A stretch of 64,000 nucleotides of DNA, taken from positions 102,077,682 to 102,141,681 of the forward strand of contig NC_090374.1 of assembly GCF_036365525.1 (NCBI RefSeq), in the 5' to 3' direction. A program made the position numbers and the translations under genes. The notes under the pieces are model-generated. The model was not told where the DNA came from, made no database searches, and worked only from the letters and a program-made list of their open reading frames with translations. Each line of letters opens with the position of its first letter. Within the stretch, counting starts at the first letter, position 1. This document shows, piece after piece, positions 1 to 13,147 of this stretch. Source of the DNA: Heterodontus francisci (Eukaryota).

Positions 1-1369
1 AGCCTTCGGCTCCATTTCCAATTTTTGTAGCTGGGTAACCCATTCTCTTTACTTTTCTCTTCCCTGAAACTCCAGTTCCATCCTGAATTTTGCCAGTTCT
101 ATTCTAACCATGGGAGATGTGTCAGATTCAGGAGTTAATCCCTCATCTACTTGTTCCGGAATGGGACTGGGTCCTAGGTGCTCAGCCAGCACTTTTAGGA
201 CCTCAGTTCGTTTCACCTTTCTGGGCAGTTTCACTTGTATCTCTCTAGCTATAGCTTTTAACTGGTCTGTACTCAGGTTTGCCCATGTTTCAGCAGTTAC
301 ATCACCTTGCTCCAAAAACATCTTTGAATCAAAGTGTGCCATTTTCTAATATTAAAGAGGGTTTTTGCTGCGGTTGTTTATTTGTCTTAACAATCTTATC
401 GGTTACCAGATTTTCCCTTTTGGCTTCTAGTCAGTTTAGTTTAATTTCTGATTCAGCTCATTTCTTTTACTTGGTCTTTCTTGGGTTTATCGCAGACTTG
501 AGCTCCCAATTTCTATGTTACAAACATGTAGTCAATCTTTTTTTTTTCCTGAACAAATTTCCCTGTTTTCCAACCACCTGTCCGTAAATAGATTAGTGAT
601 TGAATTGTTTTCCTCCCTTAAACCCTAATAATAAATGATCACCACAACAACACGGTTGTTAAAGTTCAAACAAAGAAGAAGGGTTTATTAACATACACTC
701 AAACTCGGGAAGGTGTTTAACTTTGCCACGCACACTTACAAACAGTTTGAGAAAGGTTAAAGGCATAAAAAGGCAAGGACATATACTAAATAGAAAGTTA
801 TCTTAACCACTAGCTAATATGGATTTCAATTAAAACTAGAGTCCTTTTTAAAATATCAAAATAAGACCAAAAATGGAGATCACCGACTGGAAATGCTGGG
901 TTGGGGAAGGAGTCGCTTAGAATACCTCTTCTCTTACAAATTCTTCTTCTGGCACTCTCTAATATAAATGCAGGCAGCTAACTTGCTGAAGTCACCTTCT
1001 TTTAGATGGAGCGGAAACTGGTAGAAATCAGACTTTCTTGGTGTTTTTTGCAGCCTATCTTCTTTTTGATTTTTCTTACTGGATTTTTCAAAGTGTGGTT
1101 TCTTTTCAATTTAAATAACAGCTGTGAATTGAAAACAGGCTGTACCCTCAAACTGTTACAGTTTCAAGTCCAGGCGGCTTGGATAGGGGTTTCCTGGGCC
1201 CTAAAACTAGATCCTTTTCGAGTTGCAGTCCCACCTGACTTCTCGCCTCCAATTTAATAAGTAGAACCCAGCTAAAACTTAACACGCTGTTCAAAAATGG
1301 TGGTTGACATTAATACTCAAAAAAATGCACAAAACACAATTTACAGTGGGTTCTCATCTGTTCGTAACA
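1..1369 (-). mobile_element. 5' end of a Gypsy-type (probably Gmr1-like) LTR retrotransposon: LTR, PBS and start of gag; runs off the window
   Basis: LTR 516-1369 has TGTTAC...GTAACA termini. On the minus strand it is followed by TGGGAGCTCAAGTCTGCGAT (489-508), a degenerate match to the tRNA-Pro PBS TGGGGGCTCGTCCGGGAT. ORF 49-342 (MAHFDSKMFLEQ...KVLAEHL...IELAKFRMELE) resembles a gag N-terminus with a coiled coil. Confidence 0.7.
49..342 (-). pseudogene. gag N-terminal fragment of the Gypsy-type element
   Basis: 97-aa ATG-initiated ORF just downstream of the LTR and PBS; ends at a premature stop. Confidence 0.6.
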
Positions 1370-2223
1370 CTCTCTTCAACTGTGATCCCAAGCTTGACAT
1401 CTGATATGACACGTGCTCCTTGGCTGGCGGCTAATTCCAGCGCCTCCTTTTCGGCCTGCGACAGAGGCCTCAGGCTGGCCAACTGGTCCTGGACACCTCC
1501 CTACTGTTGTGAGCCCTCTTCTCCTGAAAGATCAAGGATGCTTTCACTGTTAGGTTCCAAATATCTCTACAGCATGTCAACGCTAGCATGGGCCCCTCTT
1601 CTCCACTTGGGGGATGTCGCTGCTTTCATAATGACTCCAACTGTCATGGGTCTCATGTGGACTCAATAGAATGAAGGGGACATTTCTCACTTATGCAGTC
1701 AATAGTCCGCCATCATTACGCTGTGACCTTGCTATCATTAGAATGGCTGTGCCAACCATGCGCTTTTATGCTTATGTTTAAGCTATGTGGAACGGCAAAA
1801 CTTACCTTGGTTGAACGAAAGAGGTCATTGGCTCTTTTCCTGCACTGGACTCAGTTACGACGAGTGACCCCATGGCTGCTGACCTCCTCTGTGGTCTCCA
1901 TCCAGGCTTGCTTGGTCAGGCAGTAGGACCTCTTCTTGCCATCGCTGGGGAAGAGGACCTCCTGCCTTTCTCTTGCAGCCTGGAGGAGCATCAGCAAAGA
2001 GGGATCACTGAAGCATCGGGCCACCCTTGCTTTGACCTCTGACATTCTCAGCACAATGCCCAGGTGTTCTGTTCACTGAAGTTGCAATTGATGCTAATGT
2101 ACAGATGTTTTCGATGAATGAGCGGCAGTCGAATTCAAGGAGAGGGTGAATGCTGGACTAGCAGCCTTTGAAAGATGGTGCCAGTACCTGCTCCTGCACC
2201 GGCGAGACTACAAAATTCAGTCC
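1370..2223 (-). mobile_element. PIF/Harbinger fragment carrying a decayed, intron-containing Myb/SANT-like gene, interrupted by the LTR element
   Basis: Exon 1 (about 2054-1806) reads RCFSDPSLLMLLQAARERQEVLFPSDG...AW...N*VQCRKRANDL, followed by a GTAAG donor at 1805. The acceptor TTTCAG at 1524 precedes EKRAHN. TIR-like GGACTGAATTTTG at 2223-2211. Confidence 0.75.
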
Positions 2224-2969
2224 TTGGTTTGCAGGCTGCCTTTGTATCTGAGAAGTTTAAAAAGATGCCAAGTTGATGAGAATTTTTTAAGATATCAGGA
2301 ATCAATCAATGTGAAGATATTTGAATTCAGCTAGCACTATATATTTCTGCTGAAAAGGAATTATGACTTTAAAAATGTAGCATTCTAGACAGAGAACTGC
2401 TAACAGCTCTATTCACACTCCCTTGCGTACGTGTAACCTGGTATGGACCTGCCACAAGGAAGATAAGCGGAGGCTCTGTAATGGGCAAGTATGAAATACT
2501 TATTAAACCTTTCAGTAAAGGGTGAATTTTGCTTGTGGGCACATTTTAAATTCTCCTAACATTTTTCTGATATTTCTGACTGATCCAGCAGATTTATACC
2601 TGTTAAAAGGAACTGAATTGTTTTGGAGCTATATTACTTCTTTATTGAAAGACCTAGGTGAAGTGACAAGGCCAATGGTGAAGACATCACTAAGATTAAG
2701 AGGGCAAAGTAAATCAAATTCAGTATTTTTGAAGAAATATTTTTTCTGTGTACTTACTACTTTTTTTAGTAGGTCCCTCCCTGTAATAAGCCAAATGAGC
2801 TGGTTAAAGAACATATTGGCACTGAAATTGCTCACTGTTAACGAGTTTGGAACATAATGGCCATATCACTTCTACCCTGACACAATTTTCTCCCAATATA
2901 GGGCAAGCATTTCCTCTTTTCAACAGGGCCCACTGGTTCCTTAGCCAAGGACAGCATTACATTTTCTAA

Positions 2970-5900
2970 ATTCATTCATGGGCTGTGGGCATCGCTGGCT
3001 AGGCCAGCATTTATTGCCCATCTCAAATTGCCCTTGAGAAGGTTATGGTGAGCTGCTTTCTTGAACCGCAGCAGTCATTGAGGTGCAGGTACACCCACAG
3101 TGTGGTTAAGAAGGGAGTTCCAGCATTTTGACCCAGCAACAGTGAAGGAACTGCGATATAGTTCCAAGTCAGGATGTTGTGTGGCTTGGAGGGGAACTTG
3201 CAGGTGGTGGTGTTCCCATGCACCTACTGGCATGGTCCTTCTTGATGGTAGAGGTCTCAGGTTTGGAAGGTGCTGTTGAAGCAGCTTTGCTGAGTTGCTG
3301 CAGTGCATCTTGTAGATGATACGCACAACTGCCACTGCTCGTCAGTGGTGGAGGGAGTGAATGTTGAAGGTGGTGCATGGGGTGCCAATCAAGCAGACAG
3401 CTTTGTCCTGAATGGTGTCGAGCTTCTTGAGTGTTGTTGGAGCTGCACTCATTCAGGTTGTGGAGAGTATTCTATCACCCTCCTGACTTGTGCCTTGCAG
3501 ATGCTGGACAGGCATTGGGGAGACAGGATGTGAGTTACTCGCTGCAGAATTCCAGCCTCTGACCTGCTCTAGTAGCCACAGTGTTTAGGTGGCTGGTCCA
3601 GTTCAGTTTCTAGTCAATGGTAGCCCCAAGATGTTGATAGTGGAAGCTTCAGTGATGGTAATGCCATTGAACATCAAGGGGAGATGGTTAGATTCCCACT
3701 TACTTGAGATGGTCATTGCCTGGCACTCGTGTGGCATGAAGGTCACTTGCCACCTGTCAGACCAAGCCTGGATGTTGTCCAGGTCTTGCTGCATCTGGAC
3801 AAGGGCAGCTTCAGTATCTGAGGAGTCGTGAATGGTGCTGAACACTGTGCAAGCATCAGCGAACATCCCCTCTTCTGACCTTATGATGTAGGGAAGGACA
3901 TTGATGAATCAGCTGAAGATGGTTGGGCCTAGGACACTAGCCTGAGGAACTCCTGCAATGATGTCCTGGGACTTAGATGATTGACCTCCAACTACCACAG
4001 CCATCTTCCTTTGGGCTAGGTATGACTCCAACTAGTGGAGAGTTTTTCCCCCTGATTCCCATTGACTCCATTTTTGCTAGGGCTCCTTGATGTCAAGAGC
4101 AGTCACTCTTACCTCACCTCTGGAGTTCAGCTCTTTTGTCCATGTTTGAACCAAGGCTGTAATGAGGCCAGAAGTTGAGTGGCCCTGGCGGAACCCAAAT
4201 TAGGTAGTGACAGCTTATTGCTGAGCAAATGCCGCTTGATAGCACTGTCAATGAGCCCTTCCATCACTTTGCTGATGATTGAGAGTAGACTAATGGTACG
4301 GTAATTGGCTGGGTTGGATATGTCCTGCTTTTGCGCACAGAACATATCTGGGCAATTTTCCACATTCGGGCAGATGTCAGTGTTGTAGCTTTACTGAAAC
4401 AACTTGGCTTGGAGCGCTGCTAGTTCTGGAGCACAAGTCTTCAGTACTATTGCCAGAATGTTGTCAGGGCCCATAGCCTTTGCAGTATCCAGGGCCTTCA
4501 GTCGTTTCTTGATATAACGTGGAGTGAATCGGATTGGCTGAAGACTAGCATCTGTGATGCTAGGAACCTCAGGAGAAGGCCGAGATGGAACATCCACTCA
4601 GCTCTTCTGGCTGAAAGTGGATGCAAATGCTTCAGCCTTGTCTTTTGCACTGATGTGCTGTGCTCCCCCATTTTGAGGATGGGGGTACTTGTGGAGACTC
4701 CTCCTCCTCCTGTTAGTTGTTCAAATGTCCACCACCATTCATGACTGGATGTGGCAGGACTGCAGAGCTTAGAAATGATCCGTTGGTTGTGGGATCGCTT
4801 AGCCCTGTCTATCGCATGCTGCTTGACACGCAAGAAGTCCTGTGTTGTAGCTTCACCAGGCTCACACCTCATTTTTAAGTATGCCTGGTGCTACTCCTGA
4901 CATGCCCTCCTAGACTCTTCATTGAACCAGTATTGGTCTCCCGAATTGATGGTAATGGTAGAGTGGGGGATATGTGGGGTTATGAGGATATAGATTGTGG
5001 TTGAATGCAGTTCTGCTGCTGCTGATGGCCCACAGCGCCTCATGGATGCCCAATTTTGAGTTGCTAGATCTGTTTGAAATCTATCCCATTTAGCATAGTG
5101 GTAGTGCCACACAACACGATGGTGAGTATCCTCAATGTGATGATGGGACTTCATCTCCACAAGGACTGTGTGATAGTCACTCCCACCAATACTGTCATGG
5201 ACAGATGTATCTGCGACAGGTAGATTAGTGAGGACCAGGTCAAGTAGGTTTTTCCCTCTTGTTAGTTCCCTCAACATCTGCCACAGACCCAGTCTAGCAG
5301 CCATGTCCTTTAGCACTCTGCCAGATCAGTCAGTAGTGGTGCTACTGAGCTACTTTTGCTGATGGACATTGAAGTCCCCCACCCAGAGTACATTCTGTGC
5401 CCTTGCTACCCACTCAGTGCTTCTTTCAATTGGTGTTCAACATGGAGAGTAACTGATTCATCAGCCGAGGGGGGCGGGAGGGGGGCGGTAGGTGATAATC
5501 AGCAGGAGTTTTCCTTACCCATATTTTTTCTGATGCCATGAGACTTCATGGGATCCGGAGTCAACGTTGAGGACTCCCAGGGCAACTCCCTCCTGAATGT
5601 ATACCACTGTGCTGCCACCTGTGGTGGGTCTGTCCTCCCGGTGAGACAGGACACATCAAGGGATGGTGATGTTGGTGTCTGGGACATTGTCTATAAGGTA
5701 TGATTCTGTGAGTATGACTATGTCAGGCTGTTGCTTGACTAGTCTGTGGGACAGCTCTCCCAATTCTGGTGCAAGCCCCCAGATGTTGGAAGGAAGATTT
5801 TTCAGGGTCAACAGGGTTGAGTTTGCCGTTGTCGTTTCCAGTGCCTGGGTCGATGCCAGGCCGTCCGTCTGGTTTCATTCCTTTTCTTAGACTTTGTAAT

Positions 5901-6221
5901 GGTTTGATACAGCTGAGTGGCTTGCTCGGCCATTTCAGAGGGCATTTAAGAGTCAACCACATTGCTGCAGGTCTGAAGTCACAGGTAGGCCACACCAGGT
6001 AAGGAGGCAGATTTCCTTCCCTAAAGGACATTGGTGAACCAGATGAGTTTTTATGACAATTGACAATGGTTTCATGGTCACCATTGGACTTACTTTTAAT
6101 TCAGATTTATTAATTGAATTAAAATTTCTGCCATAGTGGGATTCGAACACATCCCCAGAGCATTAACCTAGGCCTCTGGATTATTAGTCCAGTGATAATA
6201 CCACTATGCCAACGCCTCCCC
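2970..6221 (-). mobile_element. Near full-length decayed CR1-group LINE (second family; ORF2 only) with a tRNA-like 5' head
   Basis: APE motifs (NIWGL...PDIVILTESY near 5790-5700; LLDLVLTN; GSDY). RT motifs (KAMGPDNI, NPANYRTISLLSIISKVME, MFADA). Many stops and frameshifts. 3' tail ...GGCAATAAATGCTGGCC... near 2970-3030. Confidence 0.85.
6130..6221 (-). promoter_or_regulatory. tRNA-derived RNA Pol III internal promoter (A and B boxes) at the LINE 5' end
   Basis: Minus strand: A box TGGCATAGTGGT (6211-6200) and B box GTTCGAATCCC (6148-6138). Confidence 0.75.
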
Positions 6222-6493
6222 ATACTATGGCAAAGGGTAGTGTCTCCACTGCTTCTATTGGGGAATAGCCAAGTTCTCTTCCATTCCTATTCCTCCAGGT
6301 CCCTCATTCCCCTTGAGTCCACCAGTGCTACTTCTTCAACCCCACTATCAACCCCACTAGAGGGGACTCTCAGTCCCCTCTAGGTGAATGTTTCTGAGCT
6401 GATGAGTGGGAAAGAGAGAGCAAGTTAGTCAGAGCATGAAAAACAATAGCTCAGGAACCACTTTTCTCCTCTGCTGCTGCATCCTACTCCTCT

Positions 6494-6551
6494 TCCTCCT
6501 CCTCCTCCTCCTCCTCCTCCTCCTCCTCATCATCATCATCATCATCATCAT
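6494..6551. repeat. Compound microsatellite (CCT)n(CAT)n
   Basis: Directly visible. Confidence 0.95.
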
Positions 6552-6654
6552 AAACATAATTGTCTGTTGGTAGTAGGGAATTTGAGTAGTGCTGAAAAAA
6601 GAGCCATGCTGTTGAAGCTTTTCACCTTGGACTCGTCTGGACAGACAGAAGAAC

Positions 6655-7756
6655 AATAGGCTCATGGAATAAACGGGACAGTAGTAACATGGATACAAAA
6701 TTAGCTGAGTGACAGGAAACAAAGAGTAGTGGTTAATGGATGTTTTCAGGCTGGAGGAAGGTTTGTTGTGGAGGTCCCCACGAGTCAGTGTTGGGATCCT
6801 TGCTTTTCCTGATATATATTAATGACCTGGACCTTGGTGTACAGGGCACAATTTCAAAGTTTGCAGATGATACAAAACTTGGAAGCATTGTGAACTGTGA
6901 GGAGGATAGTGTAGAATTTCAAAAAGACATAGACAAGTTGATGGAATGAATGAACAGGTGGCAGATGAAGTTCAATGCAGAGAAATGTGAAGTGACACAT
7001 TTTGATAGGAAGAACATGAGAGATAACATAGAATAAAGGGTACAATTCTAAACGGGGTGCAGGAGCAGAAGAACCTGGCTAGATATGTGCACAAGTCATT
7101 GAAGGTGGCAGGACAGGTTGAGAGAACGGTTAATAAAACATACAGTATCCTGGGCTTTATTAACAGGGGCATAGAGTACAAGAGCAAGGAGGTTATGTTG
7201 AACTTGTATAAAACACTAGTTCGGCCTCAGCTGGAATACTGCATCTAGTTCTGGGCACTACTCTTTCGGACAGATGTGAAGGCGTTAGAGAGGATTCAGA
7301 AAAGATTCACGAGAATGGTTCCAAGGATGGGGAACATCAGTTATGAAGATAGATTGGAGAAGTTAGGACTATTTTCCTTGGAGAAGAGAAGACTGAGAGG
7401 AAACTTGATAGAGGTATTCAAAATCATGAGGGGTCTGGACAGGGTAGACAGGGAAAAACTGTTCCCACTCATGAAAGGATCGAGATCTAAAGGGCACAGA
7501 TTTAAAGTAATTGATAAAAGAAGCAAAAGTGACGTGGAAAAACGTTTTCACGCAGCGAGTGGTTAAGATCTGGAATGCGCTGCCTGAACGTGTGGTGGAG
7601 AAAGTTTCAATTGAAGCATTCAAAAGGGAATTAGACAGTTATATGAAACAGAAGAATGTGCAGGGTTACTGGGAGAAGGTGGAGAATGTTCATTAGGAGA
7701 GCTGGTGCAGACATGATGGGCCGAATGGCCTCCTTCTGCGCTGTAACAAAAAAAAT
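6655..7756 (+). mobile_element. 5'-truncated CR1 LINE (RT C-terminal part and 3' UTR)
   Basis: GPHESVLGSLLFLIYINDL, KFADDTK, LYKTLVRPQLEYC; 3' end GGGCCGAATGGCCTCCTTCTG. Confidence 0.9.
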
Positions 7757-7757
7757 T

Positions 7758-8250
7758 AATGCCAAATTTCGAAGGGAGCAACAATGCATACTGCATGAAA
7801 ATGGGTGCTGATTGGTTGGCAAGTCGACTCTGATTGGTGGAGACGTTGCCATGGAAAATGCATCAGGGAACTATTGTCCCCCACACTTCGTTCAATCCAA
7901 AAAAGGTGCAACTCCTGAACATGTTCCTTTTGCCTGTAGAGGACAGGTCCCTACATATGACTATATTTAGCTTCTAGCAAGCTTAAGTGAGCCACATTGC
8001 AAGCCCGACAGATAATCTTAAATTGGTTTTAAGTGTAATTCATTTTGCATTAAACAAAGTGTGGGGCCAATAGTTCCCTGGTGCATTCTCCATGGCAACA
8101 CCTCAACCAATCAGAGACGACTTGCTAATCAATCAGCACCCTTTTCTCATATAGTGTAAATTGTTGCTCCCTTTGTAATTTGGCATTCTTATGTCTGTCC
8201 TGATGAGTGAAAGAGGAAAAGCTTTGACAGCATGTCTCTTTTTCAGCAAT
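7758..8250 (-). mobile_element. Penelope-like element remnant: GIY-YIG C-terminus between inverted pseudo-LTRs, with a hammerhead-like core
   Basis: Minus 8050-7900 translates NQFKIICRACNVAHLSLLEAKY..GPVLYRQKEHVQELHLF. About 125-bp inverted repeat at 7758-7882 and 8063-8187. CTGATGAG...GAAA at 8200-8219. Confidence 0.8.
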
Positions 8251-10064
8251 AAACATCATTATCCTCCTTTTCCTTCTCTGCCCTCTATGTTATGTGGAGG
8301 AAGAGGAAAGGAGCTGAGAGTAATTTTGTACCACCCACATGGAAGAACCAGGTAGTGAAGTTTTCTGGCTGTTGGGTAACGTAAAATTGCAGTAGTGCAA
8401 GTTGCTTTCCCCTTCAAGTATTTCTGGCATTTTATGATGGAATTGCAATCCCTGTCACCTCCACATCCCCCCACCAACAATTATTATAATCAACTGTCTT
8501 TGCAAGGTGAGCTGAATAGCACATATGACCAGTGGCTGAACCTCCCACACTACTCTTGTTCCACCCTGCACACAAGGTCTTAAGAAAGTTCGGGCCATTG
8601 TAGGCTAAATACACTGATCCTGAGCTCCCAGCAGTGAACTACCCATTAAGGGCATGTAGGTCGAAGAGTCAGCACTACAATTGTGGTTGCCCACTACAAG
8701 CTTAGAATTGCTTAACTTGCCCTTGTACTGGATGGAAAACTCTCTTCTAATCGAAACCTCAATGGTAGGAGTGAAGTTAGAATTTTCAGTGATGATGTAA
8801 TGTTTGTTGCGTCATCAATTTCAGTGAAGTAAATATAAAAGAGATTGTGTAAAAGCATTCTTTCTCACATGAACAATGATTTCTTTTGTAACTTTTAAAA
8901 AATGTATTTAAAAACTGAAGGCAAGGAAGCTGCTTTACGTCATTGGAGATACTGCTGTAAGAACATTAAAGGCCAAATTATTCAGACATCTGACTTTTTT
9001 ATGGTTCTCTCTGGTAGCATCCAGTGGTTATGTGGACCATCTCCCCAATCTTCAAAGAACTCAGTAAAGTGAATATATGCACTGTATCCTGTCGGCTTAT
9101 ACTTTCAATCCAGATGGCGTTGACTTGAAAGTTTCCAGATTGTTCCAGTCTAGTTTAATCTGGTTTTGGATTACACATCATACGATGTCCAGGATTTGCT
9201 AACACAACTTTCTAAAAAGTGAAGCTGCAAAAGAGGAGTGCTCAGCCCACAAGGCCTATGCTTCTAAATTCACCCAGATATGCTCATCACTAAATCATTG
9301 GGCCCAAAGTTGCTGAGATCCTGCTCTCATGCTGGGACATGGTGGGGCAGGGCTTCAAACTGCAAACTGTTCAAGTTGCTATTTCCATCTGAAATCGCGA
9401 GGACTGTACTTGTAGAAATACAGCAAAGGAAACTCTCCCAAGAAAGTACTGGAAAATTCAATGAGGAGAGCCTGAAGCTTTTAATAATCCACAAATAAAA
9501 TATATTTTTCAAACATCTTACTTTCCTGCAGGGAAACTAAGGCTGGCATTCTGAAGAGCAATTACCTTTACTGCTCCAGGTATAAGGCCCAGTATAGAGC
9601 CCGTGCCTACTCTCAGCAAGCATAGCTTCTGTTGGGCCTAAGGAGGTCGTGCTTGGCAGAGTTTCCAGGGCAACCCTGAAATGTCCTCACATACGGGTCC
9701 AAAGATAGCTACAGATTTAGAGAGGTCGATAGAAGACTCACCTGTCCCCTTCCACAAATCCCCTACCCTCCCCATTGGGTTTTGAGATAGATCTGAAATG
9801 GAATGGTAGCCCCAAGGATGTTTGTGTCTGCCCCACCCCCAGCCCCCACAGGCGATGTACCTGATTTGTTTCCTATCCCATGCAGAAATTTTAGTACCAT
9901 TGTTACATGAGTTTTAAGGTTTTATGAGATGAGAGAATTCTGTTGCAAACTAGACAACTGCCAATGCTAGAGATCTTAGTTTGTATGAACAAATTTATGA
10001 ACAAGTGCTTGCTGGTGTTATTTAGTCTCATTATTAAGAGCTCAGTAAATTATGACGTTTCTCC

Positions 10065-11172
10065 AGATGAGTGGGACTTTCTTGCTTGGATCGACTCTTA
10101 TCTATCTAATCATAGCCAGAGTATCACTCGCAATGTCTTCTCTTCCTGCTCCTGCACTGTTACCTTTGGTGTCCCCAAGGATCTATCATTGCTTCCTCCT
10201 CTTTCTCATCTACATGCTCCTGCTTGGTGACATCATCCGAAAGCAGAGTGCTAGTTTTCACATATATGCTGACGACACCCAACTCGACCTCACCACTCTC
10301 TCGACTACTCCACCGTTGCTGAATTAGCAGACTGCTTATCCAACATCCAATACTGGATGAGCAGAAATGTCCTCCAATTAAATATTGAGAAGACAGAAAC
10401 CATTGTTTTTGTTCCCCGCTCCAAACTCCATTCCCTAGCTATCGAGTCCATCTCGCTCCCTGCAACAGTCTGAGACTAAACCAGACTGTTCGCAATCTTG
10501 GTTTCATATTTGACTCTGAGATGGGCTTCCGACCACATACCTGTACCATGACTCTGACTGCCTATTTCCAACTTCTTAACATTGCCCAACTTCACCCTGC
10601 CTGAGCTCATCTGCTGCTGAAACCGTCTCATGCTTTTGTTACCTCTAGACCTGACTCCAATGCTCTCCTGACTAGTCTCCCACTTTCTACTCTCTGTAAA
10701 CTTGAGGCTATCCAAAACTCTTCTACCCTGTGTCCTATTCTCCTATTACCCCTGTGCTCTTCAACCTACATTGATTCCCAGTCAAGTGATGCTTTGATTT
10801 TAAAATTCTCATCCTCGTTTTCAAATTCCTCCATTGCCTCACCCCTCCCTATGTCTGTAATCTCCTCCAGCCCCACAACCCTCCAAGATATCTCTGCTCC
10901 GCTAATTCTGGCCTCTTGTGCAGTCCTGATTTTAATTGCTCCACCATTGGCCATGCCTTCAGTTGCCTAGGCCCTAAGCTCTGGAATTCCATCCCTACAC
11001 CTCTCCAACTCGTATTCCTTCTTTAAGCCACTCCTTAAAACCTATCTCTTTGACCAAGCTTTTAATCATCTGACCTAGTATCTCCTTATGTGTCTTGGTG
11101 TCATATTTTGATTCATAATGTTCCTGTGAAGTGCTTGGGACATTCAAGCTGCTCTATAAGTTGTTGTTGTAG
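10065..11172 (+). mobile_element. 5'-truncated L2 LINE
   Basis: LAWIDSYLSN, GVPK, FHIYADDTQL, LHW-like CTACATTGA; L2-type tail ...GTGAAGTGCTTGGGAC...CTATAAGTTGTTGTTG. Confidence 0.85.
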
Positions 11173-11431
11173 TTTAATAGTTAGATTTTCTTTAACATCC
11201 TCAGCATATTAAGGATTTGAATAAAATAGATTTATGTAACTTTTCCTCAGGTAGGTTATCCCTTCAATTTTTTTGGTTTCAGACTTACAAATCTCCCACT
11301 TGAGGAAGAGTGGGAACCCTGCTTCAACAATTCTGCAAATGCCACCTTTTGCTGCAGGTTGGTAGATATGAGTCATGCTCATGATTTATCACAACGTGAC
11401 GTTCCAAGGCAAATTCTGTGATTTCTATAAA

Positions 11432-11600
11432 CTCTCTTTGGGCCTCCTTATGTCGAGAGACAATGGGTAAGCGCCTGGAGATGCTCAGTGGTTTGTGAAG
11501 CAGCGCCTGGAGTGGCTATAAAGGCCAATTCTAGAGTGACAGGCTCTTCCACAGGTGCTGCAGAGAAATTTGTTTGTCGGGGCTGTTGCACAGTTGGCTC
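11432..11600 (-). mobile_element. RTE LINE 3' end fragment
   Basis: Reverse-complement match to the 3' end of the RTE at about 28635-28800. Confidence 0.85.
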
Positions 11601-12037
11601 CTAGTTCTGTAAACTACTGTGGCAAGTATGCCCTGATATACATGATTTTTAACTATTCCAACTCTATCCATTGGGTTTGCTACAGAAATGAGATAGGAAA
11701 TTAAATGTCCTAAATCTAATCAGATCGCATTTATTTTCATTTTAGAGTCAGAAACTCAGCTGAGACCAGTGCTGCAGAATTGTTGGCTGTGACTCCAAGA
11801 CTTACATACTTCAGTATTCACCCATCCCTGGTCCCTTAGATAATGTATTCAAACTAAACAAATTCAAAATCAAATATATATTCTACAAAACCACAGAAGC
11901 AAATGGCCTTCTAAAATGTCCCGTCTTGGTGGCTTGTGGTGGGAGCTGTGTGTTGACAGGTCTGCTGCTGAATCAGTTGTTGCATTGCCAGCTGATCTTG
12001 TGAACAGGACTCATAGAGCTGAGTGTTGCTGAGATAT

Positions 12038-12799
12038 GAACATACGAGCATACGAATTAGGAGCAGGAGTAGGCCATTCGGCCCCTCGAGCCTGCTCTGA
12101 CAATCAATAAGATCATGGCTGCTCTGTTTGTGTTTCGAATTCCACACTCCCATCTACCCCTGATACCCTTTGATTCCTTTGCCGAACAAGAATCTATACA
12201 CCTCCACCTTAAAAATATTCAATGACCCTGCCACTACCACCTTCTGAGGCAGAGAGTTCCAAAGTCGCACAACTCTCTGAAAGAAAGAATTTCTCCTCAC
12301 CTCTGTCCTAAAAGGGCGACCCCTAATTTTAAAGCAGTGCCTCCTAGTTCTGGACTCACCCACAAGAGGAAACATCCTCTCCACATCCACCTTGTCAAGA
12401 TCATTCAGGATCTTATAAACGTCAATCAAGTCTCCCCTCGCTCTTCTAAACTCTAATGAAAATAAGCTCAGCCTGTTCAACCTTTCCTCATAAGACAACC
12501 CACTCATTCCAGGTATCAATCTAGTAAACCTCCTCTGAATGGCCTCCAATGCATTCACATCCTTCCTTAAATAAGGAGACCAAAACTGCACACAGTATTT
12601 GAGATGTGGTTTCACCAATGCCCTGTATAACTGAAGCATAACATCCTTACTTTTATTTTCAATTCCTCTTGTAATAAAGGATAGCATTCCATTAGTCTTC
12701 TTTATTACTTGCTGTACCTGCATACTAACATTTTGTGACTCCTGCACTAGAACACCTAGATCCCTCTGCACCACGAAATTTTGAAGTCATTCTCCATTT
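12038..12799 (-). mobile_element. 5'-truncated CR1 LINE
   Basis: ORF 12154-12774 encodes the CR1 ORF2 C-terminus; 3' UTR with short tandem tail near 12038-12060. Confidence 0.9.
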
Positions 12800-13075
12800 C
12801 AGTACTAATTAAAAATATGTCTATCTCCTCCTTAAATTTATTCAATGTCCCAGCATCCAACACACTCTGGGGTAGTGAATTCCACAGACTCACGACACTT
12901 TGAGAGAAGTAATTTCTCCTCATCTCTGTTTGAAATCTGCTACTCCTTATCCTAAAACTATGACCTCTTGTTCTAGATTGCCCCACAAGAGGAAAAATCC
13001 TCTGTACGTCTATTTTGTCAATTCCCTCAATCATCTTATATACCTCAATTAGATCTCCTCTCATTCTTCTAAACT
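12800..13075 (-). mobile_element. Old CR1 (host), segment 1 of 3
   Basis: RRMRGDLIEVYKM...SLWNSLP; sequence resumes at 17424 after a TAAACT duplication. Confidence 0.85.
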
Positions 13076-13147
13076 TTAGAATTAGAATTAGAATATTACA
13101 GCGCAGTACAGGCCCTTCGGCCCTCGATGTTGCGCCGATCATCTGAC

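Noticed and set aside
6429-6722. ORF with poly-Met/poly-Arg
   Set aside because: Translation of a (CAT)n(CCT)n microsatellite plus antisense CR1.
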